A DNA stretch of 64,000 nt from Vicinamibacteria bacterium (GTDB taxonomy: Bacteria > Acidobacteriota > Vicinamibacteria > Marinacidobacterales > Marinacidobacteraceae), in contig OY821641.1 of NCBI GenBank assembly GCA_963555995.3, forward strand, positions 1,856,001-1,920,000, written 5' to 3'. Within the stretch, counting starts at the first letter, position 1; every line of letters starts with the position of its first letter. The position numbers and the translations under genes are program-made. The notes beneath the pieces were generated by a model. That model had not been told where the DNA came from. It saw only the letters and a list, made by a program, of their open reading frames with translations, and did no database searches. Below are positions 9,357 through 18,425 of the stretch, one piece after another.

Positions 9357-10770
9357 GGCGCGGGCGCTTCGGCGCGGGGGCGCGGGATGCCTCCTGGCGC
9401 TCGTCGCGCTGTCGGCGGCCGCCTGTGGAGGGCCGGAGATTCCCGAAGTCGGGTCCGACGGCATGGAACCCGCCGTCCGCGAGGCCATTCGCGGCGCCCG
9501 GGACGCCCTCGCCGCCGACCGGGGAAACGCGACTGCCTGGGGGCGCTTCGGCATGGTGCTCCACGCCCATCGACTGGCGCCTCCCGCGGGCCTTGCCTAT
9601 GCCGAGGCCGCCCGTCTCGACGCGGACGACCACCGCTGGCCGCACCTCCACGCCCGCCTTCTCGAAACCGCCGAACCCGCGCGCGCGCTGGGTCTGGCGG
9701 ACGAGGCGCTCCGCCGGAGTCCCCGTTTCGCCCCCGCGCTCGCGCTCCGGGCGCGGGTGCTCGAGGGAATGGGTGACGACGACGCGGCCGAAGTTGCCTG
9801 GGAGGCGCTCCACGCGGCGGCGCCCGGATCCATCGAGGCGCCGCTGGCGCTCGGACGCCGCCGCCTCCTGCGGGGAGATCTGGAGGGCGCGCGTACGGCT
9901 TTCGAGCGCGTCGTCGAGCGCCTTCCGTCCTCCACCGCCGGTTGGTCCTTCCTGGCGCAGGTGTTGCTGCGCACCGATGACCCGGAGGGCGCCGCTCAGG
10001 CAGCCGCCCGAGCCCGAATCGCCGCCCGGTCGGCATCGCTCGGCGCCACCGCCGATCCGGATCCCCTGCTGATCGCCGTCGAGGACCTCCGCGCCGACAG
10101 TCACGGTCGGGAGGCCCGCGCCCGGCGCGCGGCTGCGTCCGGAGACCACGACGGGGCGGAAGCGATCTACCGGCGGCTGGTGAACGAACGGCCCGGGAGC
10201 GCTGACCTCCACTACAACCACGGCAACGCCCTGGCCCGGCTGGGCCGCACCGAAGAGGCGGAAGCGGCCTATCGCACCGCCCTCTCACGCGACCCCGATT
10301 CGAGCGCGGCGATGGCGAACCTCGCGAATCTGCTCGCCCGGAGCGGCCGGGACGGGGAAGCCGACGACCTCTACCGCCGCTCCATCGCCAGCGACCCCGG
10401 CCACCTCCCCACCCTGCTCGGGGCCTCGAGCCTGCACTTCCAGCGCGGCGACCTGCGGCAGGCGGAGCGGTATCTCCGGAACGCGCTGGAGCGTGATCCC
10501 GGCCATCCCGGCGCCCTCCAGGGTCTCGGTCAACTGCTCGCCACCGCGGGCCGGCTGGGGGAGGCGGCGGAGACGCTGTCCCGGGCGCTCGCCGCCGCCC
10601 GGGAAGCAGGGGCCGCCCCCGGCCAGCTCGCCGGGATCCACTTCCTCCTCGCCGACGTGGAGCGCCAGCGGGGCCGCACCGCACAGGCCCGAACCCACCT
10701 GACGGAGGCGGAATCCCTCGGGATGACCATCCCTCCCGCCTTCCGCGCCCTCCTCGAACCCGAACGCTGA
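9349..10770 (+). CDS. Tetratricopeptide-repeat lipoprotein
   Basis: Lipobox SAAAC; TPRs such as HYNHGNALARLGRTEEAEAAYRTAL; overlaps the upstream gene. Confidence 0.85.
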   Translation: MTEARALRRGGAGCLLALVALSAAACGGPEIPEVGSDGMEPAVREAIRGARDALAADRGNATAWGRFGMVLHAHRLAPPAGLAYAEAARLDADDHRWPHLHARLLETAEPARALGLADEALRRSPRFAPALALRARVLEGMGDDDAAEVAWEALHAAAPGSIEAPLALGRRRLLRGDLEGARTAFERVVERLPSSTAGWSFLAQVLLRTDDPEGAAQAAARARIAARSASLGATADPDPLLIAVEDLRADSHGREARARRAAASGDHDGAEAIYRRLVNERPGSADLHYNHGNALARLGRTEEAEAAYRTALSRDPDSSAAMANLANLLARSGRDGEADDLYRRSIASDPGHLPTLLGASSLHFQRGDLRQAERYLRNALERDPGHPGALQGLGQLLATAGRLGEAAETLSRALAAAREAGAAPGQLAGIHFLLADVERQRGRTAQARTHLTEAESLGMTIPPAFRALLEPER

Positions 10771-10788
10771 CCCGTGCCGTTGACCATC

Positions 10789-11122
10789 GGAGCGCCGGCC
10801 TCCGGCCGGCACCGCCGACCGCAGGGAGGCGAAACGCACGCCGCCACCGATTCCCATGGTGTGGTCCCAACCGGAACCGGCGCCACGTCGCCCGAAAAGA
10901 GCCGCACGTTCGCGGGGGAGGAGCGCCATCAGCGCGGGTTTCGCGCTCCCGCGCGATGCCAGCCGGAGGCTGGCGCTCCGACGCGGACCGGAAGAGGTCA
11001 CATTTTCACAGCAACTCGGCGGCGGGAGTTTCACCACAGGCTGCTGGCCGCAGCGCCGACGACCCCGCGCCGTCGGGCGAGGTGGCACCCCCGGCTTGGA
11101 ACGCCGGTCTCCAGACCGGCAC
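10789..11122. repeat. REP-like hairpin cluster (variant stems)
   Basis: GGAGCGCCGGCCTCCGGCCGGCAC (10789), TGCCAGCCGGAGGCTGGCGCTCC (about 10957), GGAACGCCGGTCTCCAGACCGGCAC (about 11098). Confidence 0.8.
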
Positions 11123-11252
11123 GCGCGGCGCTCCGCGCCGCGCACGGCGCAACTTCATGCCGCCCTCGCGGCACCCCGGAAGTTGCCCGTCCCGAGGGGC
11201 CCCGATACAGTGATTTCGGGGGCACCGGCCCCCCAGCGTAGTTGAGGACGCC

Positions 11253-12422
11253 ATGAACAACATCCCCAGGCGACGTTTCCTTGAGGCCGGGGCCGTCGGA
11301 CTCGGGGCCGGGCTTCTCGCGCCCGTGTCCGCCGCCGGCCGATCCCGCACCACCCCCTCATCCGCCACCGACTCCGCCCGGGTCCGGATGACCGGGGACG
11401 GGCTCGGGCTGACGCCCGCCGAGCAGGGACGCCTGCTCGCGCGGATGGCAGAAGAGGGCCGCATCGAGCGGGATTCCTATTCGAACGGGGGCGTCGTCCA
11501 GGTGCTCGAGGAGGCCTTCGCGCGGGTCCTCGGGAAAGAACGCGCGGCCTTCATGCCGACCGGGACCCTGGCCAACCACCTGGCGGTGCGCAGCCTGGCC
11601 GGTCCCGGCGGCGGCCGGGCGATCGTGCAGGCCGAGGCCCACCTGTACAACGACTCGGGAGACTGCGTGCAGACGCTGAGTGCGATCCCGCTGGTTCCGC
11701 TCGCACCGGGCCGCTCGACCTTCAGCCTCGAGCAGGTGCAGGAGATCGTGGAGCGCACCCGCGGCGGGCGCGTGGCGCGGCCGGTCGCGGTGATCTCGAT
11801 CGAGACCCCGGTGAGGCGGCGGTCGGGCGAGACGTTCGATCAGGGCGAACTCACCCGGATCGCCGCCTACGCGCGGAGCGAGGGCATCCGGCTGCACCTG
11901 GACGGGGCGCGGATGTTCCTGGAGAGCGCCTACACGGGGATGGACGTAGCCGAACTGGCCCGCCCCTGCGACACCGTGTACGTGTCGCTCTACAAGTACT
12001 TCAACGCGGCCTCGGGCGCCATCCTCGCCGGCCCGGCCGCGCTGCTCGACGGCATGTTCCACACGCGACGGATGTTCGGCAGCGGACTCCCCGGCGCCTG
12101 GCCCTTCGCGGCGGTCGCCCTCAACTTCCTCCCGGGATTCATGGACCGATTCACGAGCGCGGTGGGGGTCTCCGAGTCCTTCATCACCGAGGTGACACGG
12201 CACGGCGCGTTCTCCGTCGAGCGGCTGGCGGGCGGCACCAACCTGTTCCGGATGCGGGTGGACAGCGCCGACCCCGAGGCCTTCCGGCGGCGGCTCCGCG
12301 AGCGGGAGGTGGATCTGGGGGGCGTCCGCCCGGACGGGCGGTTCATGATCGGCGTGAACGAGACCTGGAACCGCGCCGCGCCGGACGAACTGGCCCGGCG
12401 TTTCCGCTCCGCGCTGGCCTGA
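11253..12422 (+). CDS. Threonine aldolase / beta-eliminating lyase family PLP enzyme with Tat signal
   Basis: FMPTGTLAN, LHLDGAR, SLYKY (PLP lysine); PRRRFLEAG. Confidence 0.85.
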   Translation: MNNIPRRRFLEAGAVGLGAGLLAPVSAAGRSRTTPSSATDSARVRMTGDGLGLTPAEQGRLLARMAEEGRIERDSYSNGGVVQVLEEAFARVLGKERAAFMPTGTLANHLAVRSLAGPGGGRAIVQAEAHLYNDSGDCVQTLSAIPLVPLAPGRSTFSLEQVQEIVERTRGGRVARPVAVISIETPVRRRSGETFDQGELTRIAAYARSEGIRLHLDGARMFLESAYTGMDVAELARPCDTVYVSLYKYFNAASGAILAGPAALLDGMFHTRRMFGSGLPGAWPFAAVALNFLPGFMDRFTSAVGVSESFITEVTRHGAFSVERLAGGTNLFRMRVDSADPEAFRRRLREREVDLGGVRPDGRFMIGVNETWNRAAPDELARRFRSALA

Positions 12423-12464
12423 CGGGTCCCCGGAGACGCCCTCGGCCGGGGCGCGGCGGATCTC

Positions 12465-14651
12465 CTACCGGGAGCGGTCCGCGAGGTGCTCCCCGAAGAA
12501 GCGCCCGACCCGGGTCCAGGCGTCGCGCAGGACGTGCTCCCGGTGGAAGTAGTGGAACTCCCCGGGATAGGTCACGAGTTCGAAGTCCTTGCCTTCCCGG
12601 AGGAGGCCGTCGGCCAGGTTGATGGACTCGAAGTAGGACACGTTCACGTCCGACGTCCCGTGCAGCATGAGCAGCGGGCGTTCCACGCGATCCACCCGCT
12701 CGGCGGGCGCCGCGAGTTCATAGACGGCGGGGTTCTCCGCGGGGTTCCCCATCCGGCCCACCACCCAGGGGCCGCCGGGGTCGCGGAACCAGAGCCCGAA
12801 GTCGCCGACGCCGGCGACGTTCACCCCCGCTGCGAACAGCGTGGGGTCCAGCGTGAGCGCCTGCATCGTCATGAAACCCCCGTAGCTGAGCCCCCAGACC
12901 CCGATCCGGTCCGGGTCCACGAACTCGAGCGTCCGCAGGTAGTCCCCGGCGGCCGCGACGTCCTGGTAGTCCCCGCCCCCGACGTCGCGGTAGGACTCCT
13001 GCCGGAAGTTCCGGCCGTAGCCGATGCTCCCGCGATAGTCGGGCATCAGCACCACGTAGCCCTCGGAGGCGAGAAGCTGGTGGAACGAGTGGTACACCCC
13101 GTAGTCGCGGCGGACGTGCCAGCCGTCGTAGTTCTGGGCGATCCCGTCCCCGTGCACCCACACGATCGCGGGATGCTGCATGGAACGATCGAGGTCCTCG
13201 GCGACGAAGAGGTAGCCGGGCACCTCACCTCCGTCACGCGCCGGATACCGGAGGAACTCCCCTTCGGTGAAGAACGCCGGGTCGAGGGACTCGGGCAGCG
13301 AATTGGTGAGCCGTTCCGGCTCCCCCGATCCACGGGTCTCCGTCACGAAGAGGTCGGGAACGGCACGCGGTCCGGTGTGCTGGAACACGATGCGCGAGCC
13401 GTCGGGAGAGAACCCGCCGTGTTCCGAACTCAGCCGGAATCCGGTGGCGACGGACGGCTGGGTGTTCGTGCCCCGCGCCGCGGTGATCCGCGTTGGAGCG
13501 GCGTCCGGGAGCTCCGCGGTATCCGCGACGAAGAGCTGGCGCTGTCCGGGATGGTCGGGATTCGCGTCCCAGCCGAGCATTCCGCCGTCGGGCGACCAGG
13601 CGAAGCGCCGCGCCTCTTCCCGAGGCCCCGTGAGGGCGTGCGCCGAACCGTCGGCCAGCGAGACCACCACCAGTTGGTCCCAGCCGGAGGAGTCGTCCAC
13701 GAGCGCCACCCACTCACCGTCGGGAGAGGGCCGCGGTTCGCCCCCCAGGTAGTTGAGGCTCCACCACTTCTCGTCTTCGGTGACGTGCAGGGGACGGAGC
13801 GAGCCGTCGCGGAGGTCGGCGAGGACCACCGAACGCGTCCGGACGTCGGGCGCGACTTCCTGGAAAACCAGCCGCGCCGTGTCCACCCAGCGGGGGCTCG
13901 ACACGGCGCCGGGTCCGGCCGCGATGCGCCGCGCCACCCCGTTCCGGACCACCGGCGCCACCCAGAGGTCGGGCGCCGTGCCGCGAAACCGGCGATAGAG
14001 CAGCGAGTCTCCCGAGATCTCGTGGGTCTCGTCCACCGTTTCCCGGTTCGAGACCGTGTAGGCGATGAACCGGCCGTCCGGGGACCACGCGGGTTCGCCG
14101 TCCGTCCGGTCGTCCGTCGAGGTCAACCGGATCTCGGCGCCGTCGGCGAGATCGCGGACGAACAGATCCCCGCCCCGCAGGAACGCGATCCGGCGGCCGT
14201 CGGGGGAAGGGACGAAGCCGGACTCACCGCCCGGCTCGTCATGGAAGACGGCGCGCAGCGTCCCCGCGAGGTCCGGATCCATCTGGTAGAGCCGCCCGTT
14301 GCGGGTGAAATGGAGCAGGTCGCCGTCCCCGCCCCAGAAGAGCCCGCCGATCACCTCGTAGGAGTCCCCCCAGCGCGTCAACTGGCGCGGGGGCTCGCCG
14401 GAGCCCGGCGCCACCGCGTAGAGGTCCATCTGCTGGTTCAGGTCCCAGACGAAGAACACCTCGTCGCCGTCGGGACTCCACACGGGCGCCGTCGGATGCC
14501 GGATGTCCAGGACATCCTCCAGGGTCATGCGGGGCGCTTCCTCGGGCTGGTCGCAGGCGGCGAGGAGCAGCGCCGCACCGAGCAGGACAAACACCTCGCC
14601 CGCAACGACGCTTCTCGAAACGGGTGGTCGCGCTTGCGTCTCGTTTCTCAT
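12465..14651 (-). CDS. S9 family peptidase with beta-propeller, putative lipoprotein
   Basis: WSPDG repeats, GVWGLSYGG nucleophile motif, HGTSDVNV, YPGEFH; LLAAC lipobox. Confidence 0.9.
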   Translation of the reverse strand: MRNETQARPPVSRSVVAGEVFVLLGAALLLAACDQPEEAPRMTLEDVLDIRHPTAPVWSPDGDEVFFVWDLNQQMDLYAVAPGSGEPPRQLTRWGDSYEVIGGLFWGGDGDLLHFTRNGRLYQMDPDLAGTLRAVFHDEPGGESGFVPSPDGRRIAFLRGGDLFVRDLADGAEIRLTSTDDRTDGEPAWSPDGRFIAYTVSNRETVDETHEISGDSLLYRRFRGTAPDLWVAPVVRNGVARRIAAGPGAVSSPRWVDTARLVFQEVAPDVRTRSVVLADLRDGSLRPLHVTEDEKWWSLNYLGGEPRPSPDGEWVALVDDSSGWDQLVVVSLADGSAHALTGPREEARRFAWSPDGGMLGWDANPDHPGQRQLFVADTAELPDAAPTRITAARGTNTQPSVATGFRLSSEHGGFSPDGSRIVFQHTGPRAVPDLFVTETRGSGEPERLTNSLPESLDPAFFTEGEFLRYPARDGGEVPGYLFVAEDLDRSMQHPAIVWVHGDGIAQNYDGWHVRRDYGVYHSFHQLLASEGYVVLMPDYRGSIGYGRNFRQESYRDVGGGDYQDVAAAGDYLRTLEFVDPDRIGVWGLSYGGFMTMQALTLDPTLFAAGVNVAGVGDFGLWFRDPGGPWVVGRMGNPAENPAVYELAAPAERVDRVERPLLMLHGTSDVNVSYFESINLADGLLREGKDFELVTYPGEFHYFHREHVLRDAWTRVGRFFGEHLADRSR

Positions 14652-14771
14652 GAATACCTTGCCTCTCGTCGCACGAAACTGCGGGGACGTGCGCCCGCCG
14701 ATGGTATCCGGCCGGCCAGGAGCGGATCGCGGTAGAGTTGGCGCCATCAGCGAGAGACCCGAGTCCTCCCA

Positions 14772-15092
14772 ATGACACAAGAGAAACTGCGCGCCGTCGA
14801 ACAGTTCATCAAGAGGCTCTACGAGGAGACCTATGAGGGCAAGGTGCGATTCGGACCGGTTTTTGCCAACTCGGACTCCGATGACGATGGGGACTACATC
14901 AGGGTTCGTGTGATCTACGACTCTCCCTCCGGCAAACTGGATCCGAAGAAAACCATCGCCCTGCTCCTGCGCATCGAAAAGCACCTGGAAGAGAACATGG
15001 AGATCACCGCTCCGGCTGTGATCTCGCACGTGGATCGGACTGAAGAACGAGAGTGGACACCCGATGTCTTCCAGCTTGCTGAAGACTTCTGA
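14772..15092 (+). CDS. Small acidic hypothetical protein, possible nucleotidyltransferase-like antitoxin partner
   Basis: 106-aa ORF with lower GC, DSDDDGDY acidic stretch, overlapping a HEPN-like gene. Confidence 0.55.
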   Translation: MTQEKLRAVEQFIKRLYEETYEGKVRFGPVFANSDSDDDGDYIRVRVIYDSPSGKLDPKKTIALLLRIEKHLEENMEITAPAVISHVDRTEEREWTPDVFQLAEDF

Positions 15093-15519
15093 GCACCTGC
15101 TCCCGACGGGTCCGGGGCGGCCCCGGCAATCCGATCTGCGCCGTGCGGTGAGCACCGCGTACTACGCGCTGTTCCACGAGCTGGCGAGGACTTGCGCGGA
15201 TCGCCTCGCGGGCACGAGGGCCAGAAAGAGCGAAGTGTGGAGACAGGTCTATCGCGCACTCGACCACGCCGGCGTCCCGAACGCACCCGGAGAGCGGGTG
15301 AGAAGACTTGACCCTGCGGTCCAGGGATTCGTGGCCGTCTGGAAACTCATGCGGCACGCGAGGAACGAAGCCGACTACGATCCCTGGAAACGCCTCTACA
15401 AGTCAGAGGTCGAAGACAACATCGCGACCATCCGCCAAGCGATGCACCAGTTCGCCAAAGCGCCGGCGGCAGAGCAGCGAGCACTGGCGATCCTCGTGCT
15501 GATGAAGACGCGCATCTGA
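15076..15519 (+). CDS. HEPN-like domain protein
   Basis: LRRAVSTAYYALFH and ARNEADYD motifs typical of HEPN-like proteins; start uncertain (15064 or 15076). Confidence 0.7.
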   Translation: MLKTSEHLLPTGPGRPRQSDLRRAVSTAYYALFHELARTCADRLAGTRARKSEVWRQVYRALDHAGVPNAPGERVRRLDPAVQGFVAVWKLMRHARNEADYDPWKRLYKSEVEDNIATIRQAMHQFAKAPAAEQRALAILVLMKTRI

Positions 15520-15938
15520 CCCATCAGGCCGCGTCGCGCCGTTTGCCGTAGCTCTCCGACATGCGATTTCCCCCGCCTGGGGCAGGACGGCACCGGCCCC
15601 GCCGGGGGAATTCGGCTGGAGGTCGGCATTCCCGTACAGTGACCCGCGACGACGCGGCTCCGGGGACTGCCCGAAAAGGTGTCCCGTTCTGGCTCCGTGA
15701 GGAAGGAAGGAGACGGATGGAGGTGGGCCCGGAAACCCGGACCCTGGAGCCGCGCACGGGACGAGCGCACCCGAAACGCCGATTGCGGGAAACCGGCAGG
15801 GCACCGGCAGATTAGCGCGCCCCGTTCGGCTGTCAAGGACCGATTCCGCCGCAGAATCCCGGACGGCGTCCGGCCTCCGAATTCCGTTCCGGAGACGCGA
15901 AAATAGGGGCGCCGGACCGCGACCCCGACGCGCCGCCC

Positions 15939-18053
15939 ATGCCTGACCAGCGATCCAAGACGATCACCGCCTACGAGGAGAAGCGGGATTTCGGACGGAC
16001 ACCCGAACCCCCCGCGGGCGGCGCCGCGGACGCCGGGACGCCCGGCGGCCGGCGCTTCGTGGTCCACCGCCACGAGGCGCGCCGCCTCCACTATGACCTG
16101 AGGCTGGAAATGCACGGCGTCCTCCGCTCCTGGGCGGTCCCGCGGGGCTTTTCCTACGACCCCGACGTGAAGAAGCTCGCCGTCCGGACCGAGGACCACC
16201 CGCTGGCCTACACGCACTTCGAGGGTGTGATCCCCGAGGGCGAGTACGGCGGCGGCACGATGGGCATCTGGGACCGGGGCGCCTACCGGATCACGGAAGG
16301 GGGCGAGGACCAGGGAGCCGCCGGCGTGGCCGCCGGGAAGCTCGTGGTCCTCCTGTCCGGCCGCAAGCTCCGCGGCGCCTGGCACCTGGTGAAGACGAAG
16401 CGGGGCCCGGACGAATGGCTGCTGTTCAAGGGGCGCGACCGCTACGCGCGCGCCGACGCGGAGCGGCAGCCCTTCTTCGACCTGAACGGCGCCACGCCCT
16501 GGACCGGCGAGCCCCCACCGGTTCCCGTGCTCCCCGAGGGCGAGCGGGAGCCGTTCACCGACCAGGACTGGATCTTCGAACCTCAACTCGAGGGCGTCCC
16601 CGTCTTCCTCGAACGCTCCGGGGCGCGGCTCCGGCTGACCCGCGGGGATGACGGCGCCGGGCTCGACCTGCCCGAGGTGCTGGCCGAGGCCGAAGCGGTG
16701 CGCGCGGAGCAGTTCCTCCTGGGCGGAACCCTGGTGAGCACGGACGAAGCCGAAAGGCCCTCGCCCGGGCGCCTGGCGGCGCGGCTCGACGGGGACCCGT
16801 CGGCGCCGGTCTCGCTCTACCTGAACGACCTGCTCCGCTACGAGGAATGGGACATCCGGGGCGTCCCCCTTCTCGAACGGAAGGAACTGCTCGCCACCCT
16901 GCTGCCGCCCGGCGGAACCCTGCTCTTCGGGGACCACGTCGCGGTCCGGGGAGAGGAGTTCCACACGGCCTGCGAAGCCGCCGGGCTGCCGGGAACCATC
17001 GCGCGCCGCGGCGGCGCGGCCTATCCGTCTCCCGGGACTCCCCCCGGCGACCGGGCCGCGGGTCCGGACTGCGTGCGCATCCCCTCACGCGGTACCGGGA
17101 CCCCGGACCCCGCCGAGCATCTGCTCGCGGGCCTCTCGCGCCAACGGGCGGTGCGCGAATCCGCGCAGCCGCTCCACTTCACGAACCTCGACAAGGTGTT
17201 CTGGCCCGATCACGGATACACCAAGGGCGACCTGATCCGCTACTACGACCGCGTCGCCGAACACCTCCTCCCCTACCTGCACGAACGCCCGTCGCACCTG
17301 CTCCGCTACCCCGACGGCGTGGGGGGCAAGGCGTTTTACCAGAAGGACCTGCCGGACCACACGCCGGACTGGATCGTCAGCGAAGAGATCCCGTCGGGAC
17401 ACCGGGGCGAAACGATCCGTTACCTCATCGTCAACGACGCGGCGGCGCTCCTCTACGCCGCCAACCTCGGGAGCATTGACATCCACCCCTGGCTTTCGCG
17501 CCGCACCCGGCAGGACACCCCCGACTGGGCGGTCTTCGACCTCGATCCCGGCGGCGGGCCGTTCGGCGACGTGGTGCGCCTCGCGCGGGCGTTCGGCAAG
17601 GTGCTCCGCGGGATCGGGCTCCGTCCCTGCCTGAAGACCTCGGGCGCCACCGGGCTCCACATCTACGTTCCCCTCGAACCGGTGTACCCCTACGAGGTGG
17701 TCCGGCAGTTCGCGGAGGCCGTCTCCACGCACGTCGCCGGGGAACACCGGGACATCGCGACCGTGGAACGAACCACCTCCCGGCGCCGGGGACGGGTCTA
17801 TCTCGACTTCCTGCAGAACCGGCGGGGGCAGACCGTGGTCCCTCCCTACGCCGCCCGTCCGGTTCCCGCGGCGTCGGTCTCGACCCCGCTGGACTGGGAC
17901 GAACTCGACGGGGACCTCCATCCCGGACGGTTCACCATCGCCAGCCTTCCCGAGCGGCTCGACCGGCTCGGGGACCTGTTCGCCGGCGCCCTCCACGACC
18001 GCCAGCCCCTCCTCCCGGCGATCGAGAAGTTCCGGGACCGGTACCTGTCCTAG
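15939..18053 (+). CDS. ligD: NHEJ LigD-like protein (phosphoesterase + degenerate ligase + primase/polymerase)
   Basis: PE domain: HEARRLHYDLRLE, SWAVP, EDHPL. Polymerase: TNLDKVFWP, RYPDG, FDLDP, KTSG..GLH. Confidence 0.85.
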   Translation: MPDQRSKTITAYEEKRDFGRTPEPPAGGAADAGTPGGRRFVVHRHEARRLHYDLRLEMHGVLRSWAVPRGFSYDPDVKKLAVRTEDHPLAYTHFEGVIPEGEYGGGTMGIWDRGAYRITEGGEDQGAAGVAAGKLVVLLSGRKLRGAWHLVKTKRGPDEWLLFKGRDRYARADAERQPFFDLNGATPWTGEPPPVPVLPEGEREPFTDQDWIFEPQLEGVPVFLERSGARLRLTRGDDGAGLDLPEVLAEAEAVRAEQFLLGGTLVSTDEAERPSPGRLAARLDGDPSAPVSLYLNDLLRYEEWDIRGVPLLERKELLATLLPPGGTLLFGDHVAVRGEEFHTACEAAGLPGTIARRGGAAYPSPGTPPGDRAAGPDCVRIPSRGTGTPDPAEHLLAGLSRQRAVRESAQPLHFTNLDKVFWPDHGYTKGDLIRYYDRVAEHLLPYLHERPSHLLRYPDGVGGKAFYQKDLPDHTPDWIVSEEIPSGHRGETIRYLIVNDAAALLYAANLGSIDIHPWLSRRTRQDTPDWAVFDLDPGGGPFGDVVRLARAFGKVLRGIGLRPCLKTSGATGLHIYVPLEPVYPYEVVRQFAEAVSTHVAGEHRDIATVERTTSRRRGRVYLDFLQNRRGQTVVPPYAARPVPAASVSTPLDWDELDGDLHPGRFTIASLPERLDRLGDLFAGALHDRQPLLPAIEKFRDRYLS

Positions 18054-18103
18054 CAACCCGCCGGAGCGGCGAGAGGGACTGCGTCCGCCGGGAGGGCGCC
18101 GGC

Positions 18104-18410
18104 GGCTTGGAGCGCCGGCTTCAGCCGGCACCCGCTGCGCGAGGCGCAGCGGAACGACGTACGCCTCCTGCCCACACGGCGCGTGGGGAGGCAAGGCGCC
18201 ATGAAAGAACCGGTGGTCAGCGTTCCCGGCCTTCGCGCCATCCCGGCAGATGAGATCCTTCCCGCCGCCCGCCTGCGGCGGGCTGTGCCGGCTGAAGCCG
18301 GCGCTCCCGGCCGGCAGCGCCATTCGCGCTCATTGGCGGCGGGCGGTGCCGGCTGAAGCCGGCGTTCCAAGCCGGCGGCGCCATCGCGGGCGCTTGGCCG
18401 ATCCTGGGGT
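18104..18410. repeat. REPIN-like cluster
   Basis: REP units at about 18104, 18285 (rev) and 18346 (rev); internal sequence similar to 2440-2590. Confidence 0.85.
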
Positions 18411-18425
18411 TTACCGGGCGACCCC

